This document shows positions 9,253-17,991 of a stretch of DNA of 64,000 nt, one piece after another. Source of the DNA: a virus; the IMG/VR virus record IMGVR_UViG_3300047476_001246. The stretch is one strand, 5' to 3'. Under the pieces are notes generated by a model, which worked only from the letters and a program-made list of their open reading frames with translations, did no database searches and was not told the origin of the DNA. Each line of letters starts with the position of its first letter. Within the stretch, counting starts at the first letter, position 1. A program made the position numbers and the translations under genes.

Positions 9253-9718
9253 GATTCAGTTCCTTTAATTTGCTCGACATTTCTGCTTCTGTACGAAATG
9301 GACCAAGATATTGGTATCTATTAACGCTAATGCTTTTGGGACAAAACGCTTTGGTCCATGTATTGTTTAATAATAGCAAATAGTATCCTGCACAATATTG
9401 ACTTTTACTTTTTTCTGTCTTGGTATATATTGGCAATCGTTTCTTTACATCATATACAACATTATAAAATTTTCCAGAGACAGGATAGCCATACACTTGG
9501 TTTGTTTTTTCTTTAACGGCTTTCGCGGTTGATGTAGTAAATTTAATATTGTGTTGTTTGCTTAAAATTTTTATACTAGGATACTTTTCTCTATAATCGT
9601 TGTGAACATAAACAATACTGCCATCTTCTACAGCTTGTATGGTAGCAATTTTTTTGCCTTGGTCTTCAACTACCCAGAATTTATTCTTGACCACTGGTTT
9701 TGCAATTAGTTCGCTCAT
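9239..9718 (-). CDS. Hypothetical protein
   Basis: ORF track; overlaps neighbours. Confidence 0.65.
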   Translation of the reverse strand: MSELIAKPVVKNKFWVVEDQGKKIATIQAVEDGSIVYVHNDYREKYPSIKILSKQHNIKFTTSTAKAVKEKTNQVYGYPVSGKFYNVVYDVKKRLPIYTKTEKSKSQYCAGYYLLLLNNTWTKAFCPKSISVNRYQYLGPFRTEAEMSSKLKELNRAET

Positions 9719-9990
9719 GATGATTTAACTAACGTATGATGAGTCACGATTTTACCTAATTCCTGTCCTAGATCTTTATTATCGTCAATCACGTACATGT
9801 CACCTTCGTTGCCGTAGCCGGTTGATACTCTTACCACATATCCGCCGTGTGCGGTATGAACATCAAACGATATTTTTTTGTTAGGCAGTTTATTTTCACT
9901 GTTCCATCCTCCCAAATTGATTTGAGAAAGATCACTCACAGTCAATGGGCCAATCCCGGCTCCTGAACCTGCCATGGTGTAATTACTCAT
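9715..9990 (-). CDS. Hypothetical protein
   Basis: ATGA overlaps. Confidence 0.55.
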   Translation of the reverse strand: MSNYTMAGSGAGIGPLTVSDLSQINLGGWNSENKLPNKKISFDVHTAHGGYVVRVSTGYGNEGDMYVIDDNKDLGQELGKIVTHHTLVKSS

Positions 9991-10259
9991 AGTTTCATTT
10001 GCTCCAACATGATTGCTTGTGCCACTTGTTTGGCAAAGTCTTCATCGTCGTGGATCATGTACAGCGTACCTTCGTGGCGATCAGTTTTATGATTGTAATT
10101 TTTACATTCTAAAATATGTCCGCCCACTGCATTGTATAAGGTAAAGTTCATACCGTTTATGGCCGGACTAGACCTATCTCGTTCCACTACTTCAACTCGC
10201 TCAAGTTGAATTTCATCATGGTTTAACCAATCAAGAATTTTTCTTTTTAACCACTTCAT
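9987..10259 (-). CDS. Hypothetical protein (start MKWLK); C-terminal half resembles the downstream ORF (A.GG....; G..Y.I.D..D....)
   Basis: ATGA overlaps; possible tandem paralogue of 9715..9990. Confidence 0.55.
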   Translation of the reverse strand: MKWLKRKILDWLNHDEIQLERVEVVERDRSSPAINGMNFTLYNAVGGHILECKNYNHKTDRHEGTLYMIHDDEDFAKQVAQAIMLEQMKL

Positions 10260-10603
10260 TGCTGTTCTTCCTCCATGCATAGTGCTTTCATCATTTCAAA
10301 TTTGTCGTTTAAATCTTTTAGGCCAGGATGTCGAGCTAATAGTTCTTTTAACTTTTGATCTTCCTGCATTTTTTTCTCGGCCCATTCAAGGATTCTCTTT
10401 GTGTCTTCGCTAAGATCAATGTTGGCTGATCCATTGGCAATCGTTTGCCACGTGCCACCATCATATACTTCCATGCCGCCACCGTTATGAGTGTTATAAC
10501 GTACCATGCCTGCAACTGGCTGTGTGGTATTAATATACGGTTTATTACCTTGATAAGTTTGCACGTTTAACCACTGACTGTTTCCGTAGATGTTATTGAT
10601 CAT
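10256..10603 (-). CDS. Hypothetical protein
   Basis: GMVRYN...MEVYDG..W motif. Confidence 0.6.
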   Translation of the reverse strand: MINNIYGNSQWLNVQTYQGNKPYINTTQPVAGMVRYNTHNGGGMEVYDGGTWQTIANGSANIDLSEDTKRILEWAEKKMQEDQKLKELLARHPGLKDLNDKFEMMKALCMEEEQQ

Positions 10604-10995
10604 TAAATGTATTCCGCTAATAATATTGAAACTGTAAAGCCAATCATCAAATATACCATGGCGTGTGCAAGTTGGTCAACACCAATCCACATCCAAAATC
10701 TATCTGACTCTGTACTCAATCTGACTGTAGCCCTACGATGAACTAAATCCATAGTGTAATGCAATACTGCGTCAAACACAGCTAGCATAACACAGGCCTG
10801 CAAATTTAAAAAATGCATCAGTATCACATAGGTCAAGGCACCATGTAAACCGGCATGCTGCAAACCGCCAAGTCTACCAAGGTGCCCTTTGTCTTTGATC
10901 ATTCTATCACTTTGCCAGCAGAAGTCTGCTAGAAAGTGTTTAACAAATAGTAAGGCCAATATTAGCCAAGTTGTCATTGGCCAAGTTCCTCCCAC
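10603..10995 (-). CDS. DUF3307-like membrane protein
   Basis: KHFLADF..Q, H...H, H...D and G.DQ..H pattern with TM helices. Confidence 0.7.
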   Translation of the reverse strand: MGGTWPMTTWLILALLFVKHFLADFCWQSDRMIKDKGHLGRLGGLQHAGLHGALTYVILMHFLNLQACVMLAVFDAVLHYTMDLVHRRATVRLSTESDRFWMWIGVDQLAHAMVYLMIGFTVSILLAEYI

Positions 10996-11201
10996 ATCAA
11001 TTCGTTATCTTTTACATTAGCAACAAGTCGAATATAACCAAGAGAAAAAGCTCTTCGTATCGTCTCTTCTTCATATCGCGGGCATTTAGAATCAATTACA
11101 ACGCCGGCACGAGCTGCAACAGTTATGCCGTCGTGAATGTAAAAGCCGGGGTCGTCTTGTCCGATAGTTCTAATGTTAGATTCGTGTACAGTGTATGTCA
11201 T
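10974..11201 (-). CDS. Hypothetical protein
   Basis: ORF track. Confidence 0.55.
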   Translation of the reverse strand: MTYTVHESNIRTIGQDDPGFYIHDGITVAARAGVVIDSKCPRYEEETIRRAFSLGYIRLVANVKDNELMWEELGQ

Positions 11202-11335
11202 CTAAAAATTGAGAGATACAGAAATGCTCCAAGCAGGCTACCAAATACGCCGCCGAAGCCTAAGAATCGCCAAGCCACAGCAGTAATCATGCCTTGAAAC
11301 AAGATCCACATTTGTAAGTCAAGTAGCGTACTCAT
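11198..11335 (-). CDS. Small hydrophobic protein, 45 aa (not in track)
   Basis: MSTLLDLQMWILFQGMITAVAWRFLGFGGVFGSLLGAFLYLSIFR; ATGA overlaps on both sides. Confidence 0.5.
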   Translation of the reverse strand: MSTLLDLQMWILFQGMITAVAWRFLGFGGVFGSLLGAFLYLSIFR

Positions 11336-12321
11336 TCGGGGTACTCCGCACTTAATAGTTCTGCATAATTTGAACTATGTTCACTCAGTCGATTGAGTTC
11401 GTACTTGCCGCAGAACTTGAGAAACTGTGCTCCTACCATTGGGCGGCTCTTTTTCACCGCACCAGCTTGCACTGTTTCGTTGATCTTTGCTTTGATATCT
11501 GCAGGCTGTGCAGCAAGATCCACTAGAGTCACATTACGATTGTAATCGTCTAGTACTCTATGCTCAACTCCATTGTGGTCAGTCCACCGCTGGAGCATGA
11601 GATTGTTCCAATCAAATCCCTTTTTATCTTTGTCAGCAAAAGCTTCAGTGAGACCAACTTTATTTTTGCTACCTTTGGTCCTAACACCAGGATAGGCGGA
11701 AAAGACGTTATCTGTTGGATCACCGCGCATACACTTCTCAAACAGGATCCATTTTGGATCAGGTATGACCTTGGGAGCTTTAGTTTTCTTGTCAATGACC
11801 AGTTTACCTTTCTTGTCAAAGATACCTTCTAGAGTGTGAAGCTCGTCGGCAACACCATTGTATTGTTGTACGTTCGGCGCCAGCAGCTGGTGAAAGTCTG
11901 TGTCGGAAGAAACAATAACATGATGGTCATTGGGGTGGTTCCAGATCCAACCAGAGATAAGATCATCTGCTTCGAGCTCGCTGTGTTGGAGCACGGTGCA
12001 ATTAGTTTTCTCAGCAAGAAAAGTCTTAAGGTTATCGAAAGCTTCCCAAAAAAGTCGGTCCTCTTCGGCTTCCGTCTCCGTAAGAGCCGCCCTTGCGACT
12101 GCCCGATTCTTTTTATATGGCTCATAGAAATCTTTGCGCCATGACCGTCCCTCCAAACAGAATACCACGTGATCGGCCTTTTGATCACGCCATGCTTTGT
12201 TGACTGACGCCAAGGTGACATGTATGGCAAATCCTAGTTTATCCCAGGTGTCCGATTGACGATGTGCCGAATGCCGAGCACGAAAGAATGTATTGGCTGT
12301 GTCTACGATTAGATATCTCAT
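11332..12321 (-). CDS. rnh: T4-type RNase H / 5'-3' exonuclease (FEN family)
   Basis: LIVD..N, SWRK...PYK.NR, LEADD, SSDTDF.QL and GD.TDNV motifs. Confidence 0.9.
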   Translation of the reverse strand: MRYLIVDTANTFFRARHSAHRQSDTWDKLGFAIHVTLASVNKAWRDQKADHVVFCLEGRSWRKDFYEPYKKNRAVARAALTETEAEEDRLFWEAFDNLKTFLAEKTNCTVLQHSELEADDLISGWIWNHPNDHHVIVSSDTDFHQLLAPNVQQYNGVADELHTLEGIFDKKGKLVIDKKTKAPKVIPDPKWILFEKCMRGDPTDNVFSAYPGVRTKGSKNKVGLTEAFADKDKKGFDWNNLMLQRWTDHNGVEHRVLDDYNRNVTLVDLAAQPADIKAKINETVQAGAVKKSRPMVGAQFLKFCGKYELNRLSEHSSNYAELLSAEYPE

Positions 12322-12327
12322 GCAGTA

Positions 12328-12356
12328 ATAGTAGCATATTACAATAATCTAGTCAA
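12328..12356 (-). promoter_or_regulatory. Sigma70-type promoter giving a probably leaderless rnh mRNA
   Basis: TTGACT-17-TACTAT, 6 nt before ATG; no RBS. Confidence 0.55.
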
Positions 12357-13022
12357 GTGCGGTAGCAGAAATTCTGCCCATTTTCTGTGAGCATCTGCTC
12401 GAAAATGATAAGACGGATTGGAAAGGAATCCGTGATTGGTTAACCATTTCCAATATGTCATATCCGGATCATACGGATCAATATACGATCCGTTCCAATC
12501 TTGCATTGGTTGATTTTGGAAATCGCTATAGCAATTAAAAAATAAATGAGGAATGGATAAGTTGGTTAGTTCTTGATGAAATTCAAAAATTTCTTTGTGT
12601 GCTTTGTGCTCGTAGTGCGCCCAATCAATATTGACAACGTATTTTTTATAACGTTCTTTGATTTCTTCGGGCCAGTCGTTTCCCACTCCGCCGGCATTCA
12701 CTTGCCAAAAGATATCGTTGAGCAGCCACTCTTCTCTTTCCCAGGTGCTCCATCCGATAACAATTACATCCGGTATGCCTTCATTTTTGAGATAATCTCT
12801 TGTTGTTCTTATTATTCTTGTATTGCTACTAGCCGATTCTGCATCACAATGCAATATGGCTCCTAATTCATTAGCAAGCAAGCAACCATAACTGGCACGT
12901 TCATTTTCTGGATGTGGCTGTCGTCCCAATCCTCGATATAAAGGATCGTCTTCGGCAAAACAATAGGGAACTACCGCTTCGGCACCGGCACTGTGACTAT
13001 CGCCGTTTACATAAAGTATCAA
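12339..13022 (-). CDS. SGNH/GDSL-like hydrolase family protein
   Basis: N-terminal NGDSH..G, SSN.RI.R, IGWS..R and C-terminal H....H..WA. Confidence 0.55.
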   Translation of the reverse strand: MILYVNGDSHSAGAEAVVPYCFAEDDPLYRGLGRQPHPENERASYGCLLANELGAILHCDAESASSNTRIIRTTRDYLKNEGIPDVIVIGWSTWEREEWLLNDIFWQVNAGGVGNDWPEEIKERYKKYVVNIDWAHYEHKAHKEIFEFHQELTNLSIPHLFFNCYSDFQNQPMQDWNGSYIDPYDPDMTYWKWLTNHGFLSNPSYHFRADAHRKWAEFLLPHLTRLL

Positions 13023-13474
13023 GATATCTCCGACCGACCGTTTCCTAAATCGTTTCGATCTACTCGACGCGGTCGAGCATCAATGGGTTGGTTGGCTTCC
13101 CATTGTTCGAAGTTCTCGTTCAAAATATTACGGCATACACCCTGAAACCAACGATCCACAATTTCAGCATCGGTGTCATCTTTTTTCTGCATGTATCCGG
13201 CTTTTACCAGTCTAGCAACAAATACTTCATTCCAATCTAGTTCAAAAGCACCATTGCCAACATCATCTGGATCAAGCTCTACACTGACAACGCTGATGTA
13301 AGGTTCGCCGGCTTCGGTAGCAATTTCTTTTTCTGATTTGGGTTTTACCTTAGGCTTTGGTTCTGATTTTGCTACTTTTGGTTCTTCTTTAACTTTTTTC
13401 TTTAAGAAATCAAACATTTCAAATATCCCGTCTAAGTACATTATATAGTACCTTTCAATTTTTCCACTAACCAA
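13019..13474 (-). CDS. Hypothetical protein (start probably MFDFLKK)
   Basis: ORF track. Confidence 0.65.
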   Translation of the reverse strand: MVSGKIERYYIMYLDGIFEMFDFLKKKVKEEPKVAKSEPKPKVKPKSEKEIATEAGEPYISVVSVELDPDDVGNGAFELDWNEVFVARLVKAGYMQKKDDTDAEIVDRWFQGVCRNILNENFEQWEANQPIDARPRRVDRNDLGNGRSEIS

Positions 13475-13665
13475 GTGTCTTTGTCCATCCAGCGTTTTTC
13501 TCTAAGAAAAATGCTTTCGTACAAACTTTCTATAGTACCGCAGTACGCCCATTCGAGCCAGATTATTCGTCGAGTTCGAATACAGCGGTGGGGCAAAATA
13601 GCAAAGCACGATTTCCATTTCGTAGCAATACGATAGAAATGTTCATAGTCAAAATCAATCCTCAT
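13441..13665 (-). CDS. Hypothetical protein
   Basis: ORF track. Confidence 0.5.
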   Translation of the reverse strand: MRIDFDYEHFYRIATKWKSCFAILPHRCIRTRRIIWLEWAYCGTIESLYESIFLREKRWMDKDTWLVEKLKGTI

Positions 13666-13871
13666 TGAGATTGCTCCGTTTGATTTTGAATCCAGCCTAC
13701 TTCGTAATAAAGTCCTAGTATATCTAAGTATTCTAATTTGTAATACTTGAAACTAAGTTTTCTTTTGTTAGTTTTTAATACCCAAACACGATCTTTTATC
13801 CTTAAAGACCAAACATGTCCTTGATTAGTCCGCACATGATAAAAGTTTAGTATGGACATTAAGTGCCCCAC
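13662..13871 (-). CDS. Hypothetical protein
   Basis: ORF track. Confidence 0.4.
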   Translation of the reverse strand: MGHLMSILNFYHVRTNQGHVWSLRIKDRVWVLKTNKRKLSFKYYKLEYLDILGLYYEVGWIQNQTEQSQ

Positions 13872-14716
13872 TCATTTTTAAACAGTGGTACCTGTAGTCG
13901 ATCGCTATAACGCAAGCCATGCTTCATTGCATGTAGTGCAACTGCTTTATTATTAAGAGAGTATACACTTTCTACACCGCCCACAGGCATTAGATACACA
14001 TCGCCCTTAAACCCTGCTGCACGATATTGTTCGTGTGCTTTCAATGCATCACGTACATCCTCATCTGTGGCAACAACAAACTTGAGATACGTGTGTCCAA
14101 TTTCTTCGTAGCTGCGAACAATGTCTGGTCGAATAGCATCTTCCCACCGTTCGCCACTGGCAGGAAGTTTAGCACTTACACTAAATGTAAGAGCATTGCG
14201 TCCTCTGCGACCAAGTTTTGGATTCAATGTCCAGTCCAGCAAGTAATGTCTAAAATCTTTTGACAGCTCTTGAGTACCGTTTGTTTCAAAAGTAATTTCT
14301 TTTAGTTTTTGCATACGAGGATGATTTAGCAGATCCTCATAACTGCGTTGCCAACCCAGTAAGGGTTCACCGCCAGTGATAACAAGATGTTCTTCCTTCC
14401 ATTTACCATGCGGAAGAATTTCCATGATACGTTCCACAATGGCATCACTAGTTAATACAGGACTAAGATCTTTGAATCTTGGATCCCAGCTAGCATAACT
14501 ATCACAGCCTGTACTTACCAATGGTAGTTCTTCATACCGGCTATACTTGTTGGGATCTACAGACTCAGCTTCTTTACTTAACTCACCTCTAGGCATACCA
14601 AAGCCGGCACATTTGAAGTTGCATCCGAATGTGCGTAAGAACACACTGGGCACACCCATATAGCGTCCTTCGCCTTGTATACTATAAAATAATTCTGCTA
14701 CTTTGATTTTGCTCAT
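13859..14716 (-). CDS. queE: 7-carboxy-7-deazaguanine synthase (radical SAM)
   Basis: ELFYSIQGEG...G.PSVFLR..GCN..C...CDS, VITGGEPLL, ETNGT, LKFVV and RLQ..L. Confidence 0.93.
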   Translation of the reverse strand: MSKIKVAELFYSIQGEGRYMGVPSVFLRTFGCNFKCAGFGMPRGELSKEAESVDPNKYSRYEELPLVSTGCDSYASWDPRFKDLSPVLTSDAIVERIMEILPHGKWKEEHLVITGGEPLLGWQRSYEDLLNHPRMQKLKEITFETNGTQELSKDFRHYLLDWTLNPKLGRRGRNALTFSVSAKLPASGERWEDAIRPDIVRSYEEIGHTYLKFVVATDEDVRDALKAHEQYRAAGFKGDVYLMPVGGVESVYSLNNKAVALHAMKHGLRYSDRLQVPLFKNEWGT

Positions 14717-14719
14717 AAT

Positions 14720-14869
14720 TTACCAATGTCGAATAATACCTGCAACAATAAACAGGTTTGTTACAATATATACTAGCACAATAGCGGTACGGATGCAAGC
14801 AATTTTGTTTGCTTCTGCATCCGTAGTTCCTGCTTTTTCGCCTAGTGATTTAGCCCAGAGACGCCACAT
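14720..14869 (-). CDS. Small membrane protein, 49 aa (not in track)
   Basis: MWRLWAKSLGEKAGTTDAEANKIACIRTAIVLVYIVTNLFIVAGIIRHW. Confidence 0.65.
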   Translation of the reverse strand: MWRLWAKSLGEKAGTTDAEANKIACIRTAIVLVYIVTNLFIVAGIIRHW

Positions 14870-15210
14870 CAATGATTTCGTTTTCCGTCAAATACACAAT
14901 TGAATACAAGATTCATTTCGCCAGTGTTGATTACACGATGAAATGCACCATCTGGGATTAGCACAATGTCTCCGGCCTTGACTGGAAATGGTGTATCCGT
15001 TTCGTTGCCTACAATCATTTCTCCAAAACCTTGTACAAAGAAATATACTTCTTCTTGCCCAGCGTGTCTATGTCCTCTTGTACTTTGTCCTCGATATAGT
15101 TTGGTAGAACTTAATACAAGATTGTTTAATGTTCGATTGTCTTTAAGCAGGTAAACATCGTTGTCTTTGACAATTTCACCGCCAATGTCGTGTACATTGT
15201 ATTTGTTCAT
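14869..15210 (-). CDS. Cupin domain protein
   Basis: GHRH..QEEVY....G.G and GD...IP.G.FH...N. Confidence 0.85.
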   Translation of the reverse strand: MNKYNVHDIGGEIVKDNDVYLLKDNRTLNNLVLSSTKLYRGQSTRGHRHAGQEEVYFFVQGFGEMIVGNETDTPFPVKAGDIVLIPDGAFHRVINTGEMNLVFNCVFDGKRNH

Positions 15211-15308
15211 GCAAATAAATCCTCATTCCATTCACGATGTCCTTCACGGAAAGCCATGTTAGCTTGTGTTTCGCGAACTTCAACACGATAGCACCATAAG
15301 CGTTGTTC
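15207..15308 (-). pseudogene. Orphan (displaced) 3' end of queD
   Basis: Translates EQRLWCYRVEVRETQANMAFREGHREWNEDLFA*, almost identical to the C-terminus of 16749..17336; no start codon of its own. Confidence 0.9.
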
Positions 15309-15318
15309 TAACCGTGTA

Positions 15319-15624
15319 TTAAACATTTTTTAATCCTATTCTACTATAACCTAACTTTGACTTGAGTTCCCTGCTTTTCTTCTCTGGTTTCCATGCTCTA
15401 GGATCAACTGTTTCGCCTGTGAGTTCATAACGAAAGTCTGGATCATAAACCATATAGCCCAACTTGTTCCATTTGATTACCCCGTCATCAAAGAGAAAGA
15501 TACAACCACGACACATACAGAAACTGGCACCGTTGTTACTCATTACATTACCATTTACCGTGCCAACATATTTGACGACACGACCTTGGTGCATTTCTTT
15601 CAGTGCTTCGTAGTAGTCAATCAT
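15319..15624 (-). CDS. Hypothetical protein (cassette cargo)
   Basis: ORF track. Confidence 0.55.
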   Translation of the reverse strand: MIDYYEALKEMHQGRVVKYVGTVNGNVMSNNGASFCMCRGCIFLFDDGVIKWNKLGYMVYDPDFRYELTGETVDPRAWKPEKKSRELKSKLGYSRIGLKNV

Positions 15625-15851
15625 TTTTCAACTCCAAAAACAAATTTGATACGGTTGGCAACAACCTTGCCTTCATACCGTGTATCGTTAGCAACATCTA
15701 AACATTCATTGATGATTAGTTCAGCAAACTTAGCCAAACGGATCTTGTCCCATTCTTGAATTTTGAATCCATGATCGGGATCAAATTGATATGTCTTATC
15801 AGCAGACAAGTTAGCCTGTTCAGTAAGTTGTTTTATCTTCTGTTCGTTCAT
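15621..15851 (-). CDS. Hypothetical protein (KFAELII.EC motif; cassette cargo)
   Basis: ORF track; ATGA overlaps. Confidence 0.6.
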   Translation of the reverse strand: MNEQKIKQLTEQANLSADKTYQFDPDHGFKIQEWDKIRLAKFAELIINECLDVANDTRYEGKVVANRIKFVFGVEK

Positions 15852-16708
15852 AGGTAATAATATTCCTTGTTGGCTGGGTCTTTTAATCTACTATGTAGTT
15901 TGTATTCAGATATGTTTAATTCTAACATAGCCTGTTTGAGAGTGTCAAATGTTCTGGATTCGGCTACAATCTTTCTTGCCCTGCCGTTTTGACTACCAGC
16001 ACATTTACCTTTTCTACCTTTACTGCTTTTTTCAAAAACCTCTTGTCGTTTTTCTTCTGACCAGTTTGCTCTTGTTTCTTTGGCTTTCTGTCTTGCTAAT
16101 GTTTCGGATTCTGGATTGCGGTTCTCTACACCTTTTCGTGCCGCTTCTTTTCTGCGTTCTTCGCCCATTCGCTCTTTACCTAACCGGGCACTACGCTTTC
16201 TATCTTCTGGATCACGAGCCTTTACACCTTCTACTAATCGCGGTATATTATCTCGTAATCGTTCTTTTAACTTCAGTCCTTCTTCAGTCTGATACCATTC
16301 TTTAGTTTTAGTATGGACAGTATCTAACAATCTTTTCTTTTCTTCTTCAGTTCTGTTTGCCCATATTTGTTTGATTTGATTACTAAACTCTCGACGGCGT
16401 TCGTCGGTCCAGCCAGCTTTAGTGTCTCCGCCTATTACATCCTTTGCTACATTGTAGTAGTCATCGGAATAGTAGGCATTGACTTTATCTAAATAGAATT
16501 TTTCACGCTCTAATAGATATTGCCGATCTTCAATTTCAACATATTCAATAATAGAACGGGTAAAGTTTTCTATTCCGTGTTTTTTTACAGCCCTTTGAAA
16601 AACTTTACCAGATCCAACATATCCATCGTCTATGGTACCAGCATGTGAACCAATATACTTTTTACCATTGATGTTATTGGTCCACTCGTAAATAAATCCA
16701 TAATACAT
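15848..16708 (-). CDS. GIY-YIG (Seg-like) homing endonuclease
   Basis: GFIYEW.N..NGKKYIG, Y.GSG, YYN, basic repeats and a C-terminal HTH-like segment. Confidence 0.88.
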   Translation of the reverse strand: MYYGFIYEWTNNINGKKYIGSHAGTIDDGYVGSGKVFQRAVKKHGIENFTRSIIEYVEIEDRQYLLEREKFYLDKVNAYYSDDYYNVAKDVIGGDTKAGWTDERRREFSNQIKQIWANRTEEEKKRLLDTVHTKTKEWYQTEEGLKLKERLRDNIPRLVEGVKARDPEDRKRSARLGKERMGEERRKEAARKGVENRNPESETLARQKAKETRANWSEEKRQEVFEKSSKGRKGKCAGSQNGRARKIVAESRTFDTLKQAMLELNISEYKLHSRLKDPANKEYYYL

Positions 16709-16742
16709 AGTTCGTCCTTTGCTACTAACTATGTTTATTTAT
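16706..16742 (-). promoter_or_regulatory. Late promoter plus RBS/start-sequestering hairpin of the endonuclease
   Basis: ATAAATA then a CATAGTT...AACTATG 7-bp stem enclosing AAGGA and the ATG. Confidence 0.65.
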
Positions 16743-16748
16743 GCTGAT

Positions 16749-17336
16749 TTATTCAAAACCTTCAAATAAATCTTCGTTCCATTCTCTATGACCCTCTCTA
16801 AACGCCATATTAGATTGGGTTTCTCGGACCTCAACTCTATAACACCATAAGCGGTCGGCTTCACCCGGACCCCACATATCTGGAATATATACAGCGTTGA
16901 TATATTTGTATAACATATCGGCTAACCCCTCACACCCAAGTTTAGGCAAAATTGTGAGTTTAGCCATCTTCTTTTCTTGTAGAAGTTTATATACTTCAAG
17001 ATGGGGGTCATCGGAACTAACTAGAAGGGTATGATCGAACTTGTCCTCTAAAAAGCGTTTAAGTTCCTTAAGACCACCGTAGTCGGCAGCCCAGTTACGC
17101 ACATCCAAATGGTCTGTGCCAAAATAAAACTTCATTGAAAAACTATAGCCATGAATAAGATTGCAATGGCTATCAGCACGCCATTGGCGATACGCACATG
17201 GAAATGCATCGTGATATTCTTTGGTGCTTGTGTATTTGTAAGTTCTTGGTTGATTACCAAATGCACCAAGTTGTTCTAAAGTTGCAACTGCTTGTTCAGG
17301 TGTTTGATTTCCTACATCAACATTGATTGTTGTCAT
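16749..17336 (-). CDS. queD: 6-carboxy-5,6,7,8-tetrahydropterin synthase
   Basis: CxxxHGY motif, D.G.LK, FDH..L, E..A and VEVRET. Confidence 0.88.
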   Translation of the reverse strand: MTTINVDVGNQTPEQAVATLEQLGAFGNQPRTYKYTSTKEYHDAFPCAYRQWRADSHCNLIHGYSFSMKFYFGTDHLDVRNWAADYGGLKELKRFLEDKFDHTLLVSSDDPHLEVYKLLQEKKMAKLTILPKLGCEGLADMLYKYINAVYIPDMWGPGEADRLWCYRVEVRETQSNMAFREGHREWNEDLFEGFE

Positions 17337-17429
17337 GCTATTCTCCTATGTTAAATTTTAGCATAGGCTTGCAGAATTTGTAAAGCGGGATGAATGCCAG
17401 AAAGGCCGCTGTGTAGAATGATATTTATA
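17337..17429 (-). promoter_or_regulatory. TATAAATA late promoter followed by a structured 5' leader of queD
   Basis: Exact T4 late consensus at 17422..17429; AGCGG/CCGCT stem; CCTATG/CATAGG stem covering the AGGAGA RBS. Confidence 0.55.
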
Positions 17430-17434
17430 TTTTG

Positions 17435-17614
17435 TTATTGCTTCAATATAATACAATTAGCAGATACACGATAACGGTCTGATCCCCACCCACGTATAAC
17501 TGCTTCTCTTGTTTTAAGGCACTCTTCGTACCCTGCTGTTGGTAAAACTATAGATCCTTTTGCTGGAGGTACGTTGGGTGATACTGCATGTAGCATTACA
17601 ATCAAGGTCCACAT
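17435..17614 (-). CDS. Small protein, 59 aa (not in track)
   Basis: MWTLIVMLHAVSPNVPPAKG...CLK...SANCIILKQ. Confidence 0.5.
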   Translation of the reverse strand: MWTLIVMLHAVSPNVPPAKGSIVLPTAGYEECLKTREAVIRGWGSDRYRVSANCIILKQ

Positions 17615-17616
17615 AT

Positions 17617-17991
17617 TTAGGCCATTTCTCTGGCGTGACGTTCCATTACTTCTTGCAAATTGTTTGCTGTAATATGCTCAAAAAATTTCATGATAAACAT
17701 GCTGGCAGCGGGTGCATCATCACCGTGGAAATGTAGTCTAGTGCCACCTGTACCGTTTTGATGATGATGACAGCGTTTACCTCGACCGTAGCTTACATAG
17801 TAAACAGATTGCTCGCGACCACGAGTGTCGTACCATTTGTCTTGATATACTTTGCCGTCGACCATTCGATACCACTCAACCATTTCGTCGTTCAGCTTAT
17901 CTACATCAACCCAAACAGCATAAGTCACGGTGCAACCGGGCGGGAGTGCGATCATCGCTGCCACCAATCTTCCCATGGGAATACTACCCAA
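17617..17991 (-). CDS. Hypothetical protein (start probably MIALPPG)
   Basis: ORF track. Confidence 0.6.
   Translation of the reverse strand: MGSIPMGRLVAAMIALPPGCTVTYAVWVDVDKLNDEMVEWYRMVDGKVYQDKWYDTRGREQSVYYVSYGRGKRCHHHQNGTGGTRLHFHGDDAPAASMFIMKFFEHITANNLQEVMERHAREMA

Larger units (their letters stand above)
15309..16860 (-). mobile_element. Homing endonuclease cassette: replacement queD 3' end, GIY-YIG gene and two cargo ORFs (boundaries approximate)
   Basis: Bounded by two synonymous-divergent copies of the queD 3' end. Confidence 0.7.

Noticed and set aside
15309-16748. Group I intron in queD
   Set aside because: queD is complete with its own stop before the nuclease, the insert is filled with ORFs, and no intron core is evident.
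17337-17421. Canonical preQ1-I riboswitch
   Set aside because: Lacks the short stem-loop plus A-rich tail consensus; reported only as an unknown structured leader.
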